Made by a program: the position numbers and the translations under genes
Notes under the pieces: generated by a model
The model's input: the letters and a program-made list of their open reading frames with translations, nothing else
What the model was told of the DNA's origin: nothing
Database searches by the model: none
Assembly (NCBI GenBank): GCA_964202905.1
Contig: CAXNJO010000002.1
Location: 32,001 to 96,000, forward strand
Source of the DNA: Polyangiales bacterium
GTDB lineage: Bacteria; Myxococcota_A; Polyangia; Polyangiales; JADJQN01
Reading direction: 5' to 3'
DNA length: 64,000 nt
In this document: piece by piece, positions 1 through 9,627 of the stretch
Layout of the letters: every line of letters begins with the position of its first letter
Position numbering within the stretch: position 1 is the stretch's first letter

Positions 1-777
1 CCGCGCGGGCGCGTCGCCGCCACGCTCGAGCGCGAGCGCCTCGACGCCCGCGTCGCCCCCCGCGCCGACCGTCGGGACGGGCTGCGCCGAGCGCGTCGGC
101 GCGAGCGGACGCGCCGCCCCGCACACGACGCGCGGCCCCTCGGGACGACACGCGCGCAGCGCATCGCCCGCGAACCACAGCGCGCCCGCCTCGCGTCCGA
201 GGAAGCGGTCGCGGCGCCCGCCGAGGATCGCGTCGGAGGCGTCCACGGCGCGGACCAGGCGCAGCGGCGTCGGCGCCGCAGCGACCCCTGCGGGCGCTGA
301 ACCGCCATTCATTCCCGCGCGCGCGATCGCCGTGACGAGCACGTCGACGCCCTTCGGGGGGCGGCCCCGCGCGATCGCGAGCTGCGCGCTGAAGAGCGTC
401 GCGACGAGCCGGTCGATGCGCGAATCCTCGCGCCGCAGCGGCTCGAGCACGGCGCGCGCGGCGCGGACGTGCGCGACGCAGCGCCCCGGCCAGCCCGCCG
501 TGCGCCCGCGGGTCTCCTCGGCGAGCACGATGCCGCGCAGCCGCTCGGACGCGGTCTCACCGATCGCGAGCGGCGCCCCGAGGAGGCAGCGCTCGAGGCC
601 GGCGAGGTGCGGCTGCGCGGCGCGGCGCGCGGCCTCGAGGCGCGCGGTGTCCGGCTTGCCCGAGAGCCGCGTCCAGACCGCAAGCGCCACGAGCGCCGCG
701 GTCGCGAGCACCGCGAGCCCGATCAGGCGGGTGCCCGCGCTCACCGTCCCGGGCGGAGCTTCCGGCGCGTCGCGCAT
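1..777 (-). CDS. Hypothetical protein with N-terminal membrane anchor (partial, runs off window start)
   Basis: Manual translation from ATG at 777: MRDAPEAPPGTVSAGTRLIGLAVLATAALVALAVWTRL..., no stop seen towards the window start. Extended -10-like TGCTACCGT lies 9 nt upstream. Confidence 0.6.
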   Translation of the reverse strand, partial: MRDAPEAPPGTVSAGTRLIGLAVLATAALVALAVWTRLSGKPDTARLEAARRAAQPHLAGLERCLLGAPLAIGETASERLRGIVLAEETRGRTAGWPGRCVAHVRAARAVLEPLRREDSRIDRLVATLFSAQLAIARGRPPKGVDVLVTAIARAGMNGGSAPAGVAAAPTPLRLVRAVDASDAILGGRRDRFLGREAGALWFAGDALRACRPEGPRVVCGAARPLAPTRSAQPVPTVGAGGDAGVEALALERGGDAPAR

Positions 778-810
778 GCGGGCGGGACGGTAGCAGACCC
801 GCGCGCGCGC

Positions 811-2286
811 TCAGGCCGCGGGCGCGCTCTTCGCGGCGCCAGCCACCGCCTCGACCGCCGCAGCCTCGGAGGCCGCGGCCTCGGCGGCCTCGCGATCGGC
901 CGTGAGCGCCATCTGCCGTTGCAGCAGGAGCGGCGCGATGTAGGGGAAACCGACCTGCAAGGTGTCGAGGTCCGGCGCGATCTGCCCGCAGAGCCAGAAC
1001 ATCATCACGCTCGCGCGCTCGGCGTAGAACCAGCCGTCCGGGTAGTGGAAGGCCTTCATCAGCTCGCGCAGCTCGGCGCGCTCGACCTGCGGATCGGCGA
1101 GCTTCTCGAGCTCCGCGGGCTTGGCGCGCATGAGCGCACCCGCCGTGCGGATCTGCACCTTGAGCAGCTTCGAGAAGTAGGTGACGACGGTCTTCTCGAG
1201 GAGCTCTTGGTTGCCGTCCGGCGCGACGAAGCCCATGCGCCGGAAGCCCGCGACGGCGAGCTTCACATCCTCGGTGAAGAAGCCCTGCAGGATGTCGACC
1301 ATCCCCGCGACGAGCTCGTCGCTCACCTCGCTGATCGCGCCGAAGTCGAGGATGACGATACGCGGCTCGCCAGGCGTCGGGCCGGGCTGCACGAGGAAGT
1401 TCCCCGGGTGCGGATCCGCGTGGAAGAAGTGATGGACGAGGAGCGACTTGTAGAAGCTCTGCACGAGGCGCGTCGCGACGGCCTCGCGGTCGATGCCGAG
1501 CTTCTCGTACTCCTCGAAGCGCGTGATCTTGATGCCCTCCATGAACGTCATGGTGAGGACGTCGCGCGTGGTGAGCGCCGGAATCACCGAGGGAAAGAGC
1601 AGATCGGGCTCGTCGGCGTAATCCGCCGCCATGCGCGTCATGCAGCGCCCCTCGTGCTCGTAGTCCGTCTCGCGGCGCAGCAGATCGACGAGCGCCTCGT
1701 GGGCGCGCTCGATGCCGCCGAAGGGGAAGAACCACTTGTAGACGCGCAGCGCGAGGCGCACGACCCGCATGTCGACGGCGATGACCTCGCGGATGCGCGG
1801 GTAGAGGATCTTCACCGCGACCTTGGTGCCGTCCTCCAGGTGCGCGACGTGCACCTGCCCGAGCGAGGCGGCCGCGAGCGGATTCGGATCGAAGTCCTTG
1901 TAGAGCGCCTCGGGCGGCTTGCCGAGCGACTGCTCGATGGTCTTCGCGATGACGCGGTAGGGCTGCGGGGGGACGGCGTCCTGCAGCTGCTCGAGCTCGG
2001 TCGCGTAAACGCGGGGCAGGAAGCCGCCCATCACCGAGAGCACCTGCCCGAGCTTGATGTAGACGCCGCGGAGGCTGAGCATCCCGTGCAGCAGGCGGCG
2101 CGCGTTGCGCAGGTCGATGCGCTTGCGGCGGTCCTTCACCCACTGCGGGAGGCGCATGCGCTCGCGGCCCTCGGCGTCGCGCTCGAAGCGGCGCAGGAGC
2201 CGCACGAGCCCCATCTGCGAGAGGTAGCTCGCGAAGATGAGCCCGAAGATCCAGAGCGCGCGGACGAGTCGGAAAAAGAGGCTCAT
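811..2286 (-). CDS. ABC1/UbiB (AarF) family atypical kinase
   Basis: Motifs YIKLGQ, LQDAVPP, PLAAASLGQVH, VAVK, FFHADPHPGN and LDFG. Start placed at MSLFFRLVR. Confidence 0.92.
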   Translation of the reverse strand: MSLFFRLVRALWIFGLIFASYLSQMGLVRLLRRFERDAEGRERMRLPQWVKDRRKRIDLRNARRLLHGMLSLRGVYIKLGQVLSVMGGFLPRVYATELEQLQDAVPPQPYRVIAKTIEQSLGKPPEALYKDFDPNPLAAASLGQVHVAHLEDGTKVAVKILYPRIREVIAVDMRVVRLALRVYKWFFPFGGIERAHEALVDLLRRETDYEHEGRCMTRMAADYADEPDLLFPSVIPALTTRDVLTMTFMEGIKITRFEEYEKLGIDREAVATRLVQSFYKSLLVHHFFHADPHPGNFLVQPGPTPGEPRIVILDFGAISEVSDELVAGMVDILQGFFTEDVKLAVAGFRRMGFVAPDGNQELLEKTVVTYFSKLLKVQIRTAGALMRAKPAELEKLADPQVERAELRELMKAFHYPDGWFYAERASVMMFWLCGQIAPDLDTLQVGFPYIAPLLLQRQMALTADREAAEAAASEAAAVEAVAGAAKSAPAA

Positions 2287-2404
2287 GGCGTTCGCAGCGG
2301 GCGGGGCGAGGCTACCGCGGCGCGTCGGGCCCTGCCAGCGGGCGCGCCGCGCGGTGTGGGACGGTTGCGTCCGAGCCCGCGCCTCGCGTATGTGGGCGCA
2401 CACG

Positions 2405-3481
2405 ATGGCGACCACCAGCCCCTCCCCGCGCCGGTCCCGAACCCCCTCGCCCGCCCGCGCGCCGCAGGTGCGGCCGCTGCTCGTGCGGCCCGGCGCGCGC
2501 TTCACCTGCGCGGGCGACGGCCTGTGCTGCACCGACGCGCACGCGCTCGGCCCCGTCACGCGCAAGGAGCGCAAGCAGGTCGAGCGCTTCCGCGACGACG
2601 CCACGGTGTACCTGCCGACGCTCGAGGCGCGCGTGCTCGCGACGAAGCCCGACGGGAGCTGCGTGTTCCTGCTGCCCGACGCGCGCTGCGGGATCCACGC
2701 CGAGCACGGCGCGGCCGCCAAGCCCGACGCGTGCCAGCGCTTCCCGTACGGCCTCGTCGCGACGCCCGATGGGGGACGCATCACCACCGAACACCGCTGC
2801 CCGTGCCGCACGCTCGGCGACCGCCCGCCGCTCGATCCCGTCGACGCCGAACACGCGCTCACCGCGGGGCGCGGCCGCGTCGACGCCGACGCGCGCATCG
2901 GCCCGCGCGTGCGCCTCGCCGCGCGGCGCAGCGTGGCGTGGGCGACCTACCGCGCCGAGGAGGACGCGCTCTTCGCGCGGCTCGCGCGCGGCGAGCGGCC
3001 CGAGGAGGTGCTCGAGGCGGCGCCCCTGCCGCCGCTGCGCGGGACCGACTGGGCCCACGTCGCCCGCGAGCTCGGCACGTACGACGAGGACACCTCGTGC
3101 AGCGGCGCGCTCCGACTCGCGGGCGACCTGCTCCACGCGCTCCTCGGCGGCAAGGCCCGGCCGCTCGCACCGCGTCGCTGGGCGCCCTGGTTCGATCGCG
3201 CCGAGGCCCGCGCGACGCAGCCCGGGCGCGGCGCCGACGCGCTCCGCGATTATGTCGAGGACCAGCTCTGGCGCATGGATTGGTGCGCGTACGGCGCCAC
3301 CTTCGCGCAGGGCCGCGCCGACCTCGCGACGCGCGTCGCGCTCGCGCGCGCGGCCGCGCGACGCCTGCAACGCGCGGGGCTCCGCGAAGACCGCGCGATG
3401 GCCGAGGCGCTCTTCGTCGTCGAGCTCACCACCTCGACGAGCGTCTGGCAGGACGTGCTGCTCTGCATCGAGGCAGGCTGA
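2405..3481 (+). CDS. YkgJ-family cysteine-cluster (putative Zn/Fe-chelating) protein
   Basis: FTCAGDGLCC...CVFL...CGIH...KPDACQRFPY pattern. Confidence 0.75.
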   Translation: MATTSPSPRRSRTPSPARAPQVRPLLVRPGARFTCAGDGLCCTDAHALGPVTRKERKQVERFRDDATVYLPTLEARVLATKPDGSCVFLLPDARCGIHAEHGAAAKPDACQRFPYGLVATPDGGRITTEHRCPCRTLGDRPPLDPVDAEHALTAGRGRVDADARIGPRVRLAARRSVAWATYRAEEDALFARLARGERPEEVLEAAPLPPLRGTDWAHVARELGTYDEDTSCSGALRLAGDLLHALLGGKARPLAPRRWAPWFDRAEARATQPGRGADALRDYVEDQLWRMDWCAYGATFAQGRADLATRVALARAAARRLQRAGLREDRAMAEALFVVELTTSTSVWQDVLLCIEAG

Positions 3482-3792
3482 GCGGCCACGCGACCCGCGC
3501 CGATCCGCGGCCGCGATGCGCCGCGCCAGGCGCCGCGCGCCCCCCCCTTCTGCGCGAGGAGATCGAAACCTTGTCCATACGTCGCAGGGACGCCCCACCC
3601 CTCGTCGCCCGCGATGTGAAAGGCGATGTCGATGGCCTCCTGCACGACGACGAGCACGCTCATCGCGATGGCGTCGAGGCGGTCGACGTCCGCACGCAGC
3701 AGCGCCGCCGATTCGGGAAGGCGACGCCGCAGGCGCTCGAGGTGCTCGCGCAGCACGGCGAGCTTGCGCGTGACGAGCAGGACGTTCGTCAT
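3482..3792 (-). pseudogene. hepT: HepT/DUF86 HEPN toxin, frameshifted and 3'-truncated
   Basis: MTNVLLVTRKLAVLREHLERL...QEAIDIAFHIAGDEGWGVPATYGQGFDLL is DUF86-like. Start overlaps the mntA stop (ATGA). Frame breaks at the C-run 3540-3547 and no RxxxxH motif follows. Confidence 0.7.
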
Positions 3793-4196
3793 CGGCCCCC
3801 CGCGGCGACGTGCGCGAGATAGCGCGCCTGCGCGTCGAGGTAGGCCGGCGCGAGGTCGAGCCACGCCAACATCGCGGCGGCGGCAAAGCGCGCGAAATCC
3901 CCGGGAACGGCCTTGCGAATCGGTAGGCCGCGCGCGATCTCCCGGCGCAGGACGACGTCCTCGACGCGGTCGAGCCGGACGAGGTCGACCTCGCGCCCCG
4001 TGGCCCGCGCGAGCGCCTCGACGAGACGCGCCTCGTCGACCGCGGAGAACTGCGCCGCAGGCTGGATGGCGACGTCGAGGTCGCTCTCGGGCCGCGCCTC
4101 CCCCCGCGCGACCGAGCCGAACACGACGGCGAGCGCAAGGTCCCCTCGAGCCGCCAGCCGTGCGCGGAGGGCGCCGATGTCGTGCGGAGCGTCCAT
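3789..4196 (-). CDS. mntA: Minimal nucleotidyltransferase antitoxin (MntA-like, type VII TA)
   Basis: VFGSVARGEARPESDLDVAI (GSx10DxD) and REVDLVRL motifs, directly upstream of a DUF86 gene. Confidence 0.85.
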   Translation of the reverse strand: MDAPHDIGALRARLAARGDLALAVVFGSVARGEARPESDLDVAIQPAAQFSAVDEARLVEALARATGREVDLVRLDRVEDVVLRREIARGLPIRKAVPGDFARFAAAAMLAWLDLAPAYLDAQARYLAHVAAGGR

Positions 4197-4252
4197 GAAA
4201 CGTCGGCCAGCCAACCAGCGCGGTCGATCGCGCGCACAGGTACACTCGCGCC

Positions 4253-5227
4253 GTGACGACCAAGGTCTACGCGTACACGAAGGGGAGCAACACCGTCGAC
4301 GATCGCTCGCCCGCGGAGCTGCCCGCGCTCATCGCGGACCCGAACGTCATCTTCTGGGTCGACCTGTGCGGGCGCGATCCCGAGCACGACAAGCTGCTCG
4401 CCGAGGTCTTCAAGATTCACCCGACCGTCCTCGAGGACATGTTCCTCGACGCGCCGCAGCCCAAGGTCGAGGACTTCGACGACTACCTCTACATCGTCGT
4501 CCACGGGCTCGACCGCAACGCGGAGCAGCCCGACGACCTCGAGACGATCGAGCTCGACCTCGTCCTCGGCGAGCGCTTCATCCTCACGCACCACCCCACG
4601 AAGCTGCGCTCGACGGACACCGTCGAGGGCGAGATCCGGCGCAGCGCGCGGCTCTTCGCGCGCGGCCCCTCGTTCGTCGCGCACGCGATCCTCGACCACC
4701 TCTCCGATCACTACAAACCGCTGATGGAGAAGTTCGACGAGGAGATCGAGGCGCTCGAGACGCGGGTGCTCCACGACGCATCGCCCGCGGTCATCGGCGA
4801 GGTGTTCGCGGTCAAGCGCTCGCTCGCGAAGATCCGGCGCGTGGCCTCGCACCAACGCGACGTCGTGCAGCGGCTCGCGCGCGGCGAGTTCGCGCTGATC
4901 GCGGAGGCCGCGCTGCCCTTCTACCGCGACATCGCGGACAACTTCGTGCGCGTGACCGACCTCGCCGACGGCGACCGCGAGCTGCTCGGCTCGATCCTCG
5001 ACATGCACATGAGCGTGCAGGGCCAGAAGCTCAACGAGATCATGAAGGTGCTCACCCTCATGTCGACGATCATGCTGCCGATGACCTTCATCGCCGGCAT
5101 CTACGGCATGAACTTCGACGTGATGCCGGAGTTGCGCTGGAAGCACGGCTACTTCATCGCGCTCGGCGTGATGGCCGGCGTCGCGGGCGGGCTCGTGGTC
5201 TGGTTCAAGCGGCGGAAGTGGATCTGA
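4253..5227 (+). CDS. corA: Mg2+/Co2+ transporter CorA
   Basis: C-terminal LPMTFIAGIYGMNFDVMPEL signature with two TM helices. Confidence 0.95.
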   Translation: MTTKVYAYTKGSNTVDDRSPAELPALIADPNVIFWVDLCGRDPEHDKLLAEVFKIHPTVLEDMFLDAPQPKVEDFDDYLYIVVHGLDRNAEQPDDLETIELDLVLGERFILTHHPTKLRSTDTVEGEIRRSARLFARGPSFVAHAILDHLSDHYKPLMEKFDEEIEALETRVLHDASPAVIGEVFAVKRSLAKIRRVASHQRDVVQRLARGEFALIAEAALPFYRDIADNFVRVTDLADGDRELLGSILDMHMSVQGQKLNEIMKVLTLMSTIMLPMTFIAGIYGMNFDVMPELRWKHGYFIALGVMAGVAGGLVVWFKRRKWI

Positions 5228-5236
5228 GCGCGTCGA

Positions 5237-6355
5237 TCACGGCGCGGTCGCACGGAGGGTCACGTCGGAGCCGACCGCGTCCTGCACGCGCGCGAAGCCG
5301 GCTTCTTTCGCCTTCTGCGCGAGGCCGACCGCGATGCGTCGCGGCAGCAGCGGCCCGCCGTAGACGAATCCCGTATACAACTGCACCAGCGTTGCACCTG
5401 CACGGATGCGGGCCCAGGCGTCGTCGGCGCTCGACACGCCACCCACCGAGACGAGCACGAGCCGGTCACCGACCTGCGCGCGCAGCCTGCGCAGCACCGC
5501 GAGGGAGCGCTCGCGCAGCGGCTCGCCGGAGACGCCGCCCGCGCCGATCGCTGCGACCTCGGCCTCCGGCGTGCGCAGCCTGGCGCGCGAGAGGGTCGTG
5601 TTCGTCGCGACGATGCCCGCGAGCCCGAGCCGCAACGCGAGCGCGGCGACGGCGTCGACGTCGTCGTCCGAGAGGTCGGGCGCGATCTTCACGAGCACGG
5701 GCGGCGTGCGCGCGGGCGCGACGCGCGCGGCGGCCTCCTGCACGGCGGCGAGCAGGGGACCGAGCCGCTCGACGGCCTGCAGGTCGCGGAGCCCCGGCGT
5801 GTTGGGCGAGCTGACGTTGACGACGAGGTAGTCCGCGAGCGGCGCGAGGCGCTCGGTCGCCGCGACGTAGTCGGCGACGGCGCGATCCTCGGGCGTGTCC
5901 TTGTTCTTGCCGACGTTGACGCCGACGAGGGTGCGGCGCGACGCGTGCCCGGCGAGCAGGCGCGCGCGCGCGACCTCGGCGCCCTCGTTGTTGAAGCCGA
6001 GGCGGTTGACGAGCGCGCGATCCGCAGGGAGCCGGAACATGCGCGGCTTCGGGTTGCCGGGCTGCGCGCGGGGCGTGACCGTGCCGACCTCGACGTAACC
6101 GAAGCCGAGCGCGCCGAGCGCTTCGGGGCCGCGCGCGTCCTTGTCGAAGCCGGCCGCGAGGCCGATCGGCGTCGGCCACTCGAGCCCGAGCGTGCGCACG
6201 ACGAGGGCGGGATCCGCGGGGCGCAGCAGCGCGCGGGCGAGCGCGCGGACGCCCGGTATCGCCATCGCGACGCGCAGCGCCGCAAAGCCGAGGTGGTGCG
6301 CGGTCTCGGCCGGGAGCCGCGCGAGCAGAAGACGAAAGAAGGCGCGGTAGAGCAT
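5237..6355 (-). CDS. pyrD: Quinone-dependent dihydroorotate dehydrogenase
   Basis: Motifs [44 protein letters not shown] and ATNTT. Confidence 0.95.
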   Translation of the reverse strand: MLYRAFFRLLLARLPAETAHHLGFAALRVAMAIPGVRALARALLRPADPALVVRTLGLEWPTPIGLAAGFDKDARGPEALGALGFGYVEVGTVTPRAQPGNPKPRMFRLPADRALVNRLGFNNEGAEVARARLLAGHASRRTLVGVNVGKNKDTPEDRAVADYVAATERLAPLADYLVVNVSSPNTPGLRDLQAVERLGPLLAAVQEAAARVAPARTPPVLVKIAPDLSDDDVDAVAALALRLGLAGIVATNTTLSRARLRTPEAEVAAIGAGGVSGEPLRERSLAVLRRLRAQVGDRLVLVSVGGVSSADDAWARIRAGATLVQLYTGFVYGGPLLPRRIAVGLAQKAKEAGFARVQDAVGSDVTLRATAP

Positions 6356-6391
6356 CCCGGGGCGCGCGTCTAACACGCACCCCGCGCGCCG

Positions 6392-7465
6392 TCACCCGTG
6401 CGGCCAGGGCGACGATGCAGGCGGCGCAGACGACCGAGACGAGTCGGGCGGCGCAGGCTCGGGCCACGGAAGCACACGCGGCACGTGCGGGGGCAGCGCC
6501 TCGAGGTGGTGGAAGGCCGCGTAGTCGATGACCCGGTGGCCGTCCGGGGCGACGGAGATGACGTCGCAGAAACGCCGGTCCCACGCGATCTCCGCGGCGA
6601 GGTACGAAAAACGCGCGTGGATCTGGGCCTGGAAGGTGTCGTCGATGCCGGTGACGACGACCATCAGCTCGGTCGCGTCCCGCGCGAGCGACTCGGACGT
6701 CGCGCCGAAGAGCGGGCTCGCGGCGTCGATGGGGTGCACGACCGTCCAGCTCAGCGCGAAGAGCGGCGAGAACGTCCGCGTGAGCGCGAGGTCGTGGAAG
6801 CGCCGGATGCGCTCGCCCTCCACGGTGCGCTCGTTGCGCACGAGGATGACGCGGACCTGCGCTTCGACGACGGGGTTGCCGCGCTCGTTCGCCATGCGCA
6901 GCAGGAGCGAGGGGACGCCGTCGCGGTAGGCGACGACCGCCGATCGACAGAAGAGCACGCGCGACGAGGGCCGCGCGAAACGCGTGAACATGAGGCTCGT
7001 CGCGACCGCGACGCCGAAGAGCCCGGTGAAGGCCTCGATCGCGACGAGCACGTCCGCGTACGGGGTCTTCGGCGCCATCGCGCCGTACCCGATCGTCGCG
7101 AGCGTCTGCACGCTGAACATGTACGCGTCCCAGAACGACCCCGGCACCGCGTTCGCGATGACGTCGCCGCCGGCAAGATAGAGGATCGCGAAGAGCAGGT
7201 TGATGCCGAGGTAGCCGAGCACCACCCCGCCGAGGAAGAGCGGCCAGCTGAGCGTCAGCACCGCGTGGTAGAGGTCCCACGAGCCTCCCAGCAGGCCACG
7301 GCGCTCGATGTGCAGCGGCGCGCCGCCCGGGCGCGGGATCATGCGCGTCGGCGGGGGGATCACGGGCGAGGGGCCCGCAGGCGCGGGGCCCGCAGGCGCG
7401 GGGTCCGCAGGCGAAACGTCGCGCGCGGGCGAGGGCTCGGGACGGTCTGCGGGGGGCGGTTGCAC
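6392..7465 (-). CDS. Inward-rectifier K+ channel (KirBac family)
   Basis: FSVQTLATIGYG selectivity filter plus Kir cytoplasmic domain (RMANER, HPIDAASPL). Start is GTG 7465 (TGCTATCGT 11 nt upstream) or ATG 7342. Confidence 0.92.
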   Translation of the reverse strand: MQPPPADRPEPSPARDVSPADPAPAGPAPAGPSPVIPPPTRMIPRPGGAPLHIERRGLLGGSWDLYHAVLTLSWPLFLGGVVLGYLGINLLFAILYLAGGDVIANAVPGSFWDAYMFSVQTLATIGYGAMAPKTPYADVLVAIEAFTGLFGVAVATSLMFTRFARPSSRVLFCRSAVVAYRDGVPSLLLRMANERGNPVVEAQVRVILVRNERTVEGERIRRFHDLALTRTFSPLFALSWTVVHPIDAASPLFGATSESLARDATELMVVVTGIDDTFQAQIHARFSYLAAEIAWDRRFCDVISVAPDGHRVIDYAAFHHLEALPPHVPRVLPWPEPAPPDSSRSSAPPASSPWPHG

Positions 7466-7713
7466 GGACAGCGCGCACGATAGCAGCGCCGCACGCGGCG
7501 CGAACCGGGGGGCATCTTGCCCGGGCGCGTCGTCTCGTGCGGCACACGCGCGGCGGCGCTCGCCCGGGCGGTTCATCCCCGCGCGCAGCGTCCTCGACGA
7601 CCTCGCGGTCCTCGACGTCGCCCGGCATGGAGCGCCGTCCGGATCGACGCAGACCCCGCGCCGTGGAACGGGGCGCACGCCGTCCGTGCGTGGGCGGTCT
7701 ACATTCCCCGTCC

Positions 7714-9627
7714 ATGCGCTTCCTGTCTCCCATCGCGCTCCTGCCGCTGGTGCTCTTCTTCGTCGGCTGCGGTGACGACGACGCGGCGCCGCCCCGACCC
7801 GCCGACGCCGGCGTGGACGCAGGCCCGCTGCCCGCGCCCGATCTCGGCGCCGATCTCGGCACCGACTTGGGGCCGTGCGCGCCGCTCGCCGAGTGCGGCG
7901 GCGCCTGCGTGGACACGGCGACGGCGGTCGCGCACTGCGGAGCCTGCGACGCCGCGTGCGCGCCGCCCGAGGACGCCGTCGGCGCCTGCGTCGCGTCGGC
8001 CTGCACCTTCGCGTGCGTGCCGGGTTTCGCGCGTGCCGGCGACGCGTGCGTGCCCGCGCCGCGGCTCGTCGCGCCGCTCTCGGGGGCCGCGGCCACCACG
8101 CGCCGTCCGACGCTGCGCTTCACCTTGCCCGAGGGCGTCGCCACGGCGCGCCTCGAGGTGTGCGCCGAGCGCGGCTGCGCGACGCCGCTGCTCGCCTTCG
8201 ACGTGAGCGGCGAGACGGCCGTCCCCGACGCGGATCTCGCGCCCGGCACGGTGTATTGGCGCGTCGTCGCGGGCAGCGAGGCGAGCCGCACGTGGGCGCT
8301 CGCGGTGCCGCCGCGCTCCGCGCCGGTCTCCGCCGCGTGGGGCGTGACCCCCGACTACGATGGTGATGGCAGCGGCGACGTCGTGGTCGGTGCGCCCGCT
8401 GCGGGCAGCGGTGACGGACGCGCCTATGTGTTCCCGGGAAGCCGCGCGGGCACGCCCGTCGCGCCCGAACGCATCCTGCGCGCCCCCGATGGCAGCGCGG
8501 GCGCCTTCGCCAGCTCGCTCGCGTGCGCGGGCGACCTCAACGGCGACGGCTACGCGGATCTCGCGGTCGGGGCGCCGGAGCTCGCGGCGCGCACGGGCGC
8601 CGTGCTCCTGTACTGGGGCGGCCCGGCGGGACTGGCGCTCGCGCCCGATCAGACGTTGATGTCGCCGCGCGCCGCGGGCGGGCTGTTCGGGCGTCACGTC
8701 GCGGCCGCGGGCGATGTGGACGGCGACGGCTACGGCGACCTGCTCGTCGTCGCACCGAGCGCAGACAGCACGCCGGGGCGCCTGCTCGTGTACCGAGGCG
8801 GGCCGCGCGGCGTCGCGGCGACGGCGGCGCTGCAGGTGAGCGGCGTCGGGCGCTTCGGCAGCGCCGTCGCGGGGGCGATGGACCTCGACGCGGACGGCTT
8901 CGCGGACGTGGCCGTCGGTGCGTTCGCGACGTCGGGCGAAGCCGGCGCGGTGCACGTCTTCCGCGGCGGTCCGGGCGGGCTCTCGGAGACGGCCGCCATC
9001 GTGCTGCCCGCGACGACGGGCCCCGGCAGCCAGCTCGGCGCCGCGGTCGCGAGCGCGGGCGACGTCGACGGCGACGGCTACGCGGACCTCGCCGCGGGCG
9101 CGCCGGGCGCTCCCTCGAACGACGCGCCCGATCCGGACGCGGGCACCGTGCGCTCGCCGGGACGCGTGATCGTGTGGCGCGGCGGCCCCATGGGCGTGAG
9201 CGGCGCGATCCTCCACGAATTGCTGCCCGGCACCGCGACGGGGAGCCAGTTCGGGGCCGCGCTCGCGGCGACGGATCTCACGGGCGATGGCTTCTCGGAG
9301 CTCGTCGTCGGCGCGTTCGGCACGAGCCGCAGGCAGGGGCGCGTCTACGTCTTCGCCGGCGGCGCGATGCCCTCGCGCGTGCCGCTCCTGCAGCTCGACG
9401 GCCCCGTGGCCGACTCCGACTTCGGCCGCGCGCTCGCCGTCGCGGGGGACGTGGACGCGAGCGGGCTGCCCGATCTCGTGATCGGCGCGCCCCGCACCGA
9501 CGACGACGCCGGGCGCGCGTTCGTCCACCGCGGGAGCGCCGCGGGCCTCTCGCTCACGCCGCTCGCCGAGCTCGTCCCGCCGGGCGCGGGCAGCTTTGGC
9601 CTCGCGCTCGCCCGCGGCGACCGATGA
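7714..9627 (+). CDS. FG-GAP/integrin-alpha-like beta-propeller lipoprotein
   Basis: Lipobox FFVGC, a Cys-rich segment, then about 7 repeats of GDxxGDGY/FxDL/VxVGAP. Confidence 0.88.
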   Translation: MRFLSPIALLPLVLFFVGCGDDDAAPPRPADAGVDAGPLPAPDLGADLGTDLGPCAPLAECGGACVDTATAVAHCGACDAACAPPEDAVGACVASACTFACVPGFARAGDACVPAPRLVAPLSGAAATTRRPTLRFTLPEGVATARLEVCAERGCATPLLAFDVSGETAVPDADLAPGTVYWRVVAGSEASRTWALAVPPRSAPVSAAWGVTPDYDGDGSGDVVVGAPAAGSGDGRAYVFPGSRAGTPVAPERILRAPDGSAGAFASSLACAGDLNGDGYADLAVGAPELAARTGAVLLYWGGPAGLALAPDQTLMSPRAAGGLFGRHVAAAGDVDGDGYGDLLVVAPSADSTPGRLLVYRGGPRGVAATAALQVSGVGRFGSAVAGAMDLDADGFADVAVGAFATSGEAGAVHVFRGGPGGLSETAAIVLPATTGPGSQLGAAVASAGDVDGDGYADLAAGAPGAPSNDAPDPDAGTVRSPGRVIVWRGGPMGVSGAILHELLPGTATGSQFGAALAATDLTGDGFSELVVGAFGTSRRQGRVYVFAGGAMPSRVPLLQLDGPVADSDFGRALAVAGDVDASGLPDLVIGAPRTDDDAGRAFVHRGSAAGLSLTPLAELVPPGAGSFGLALARGDR

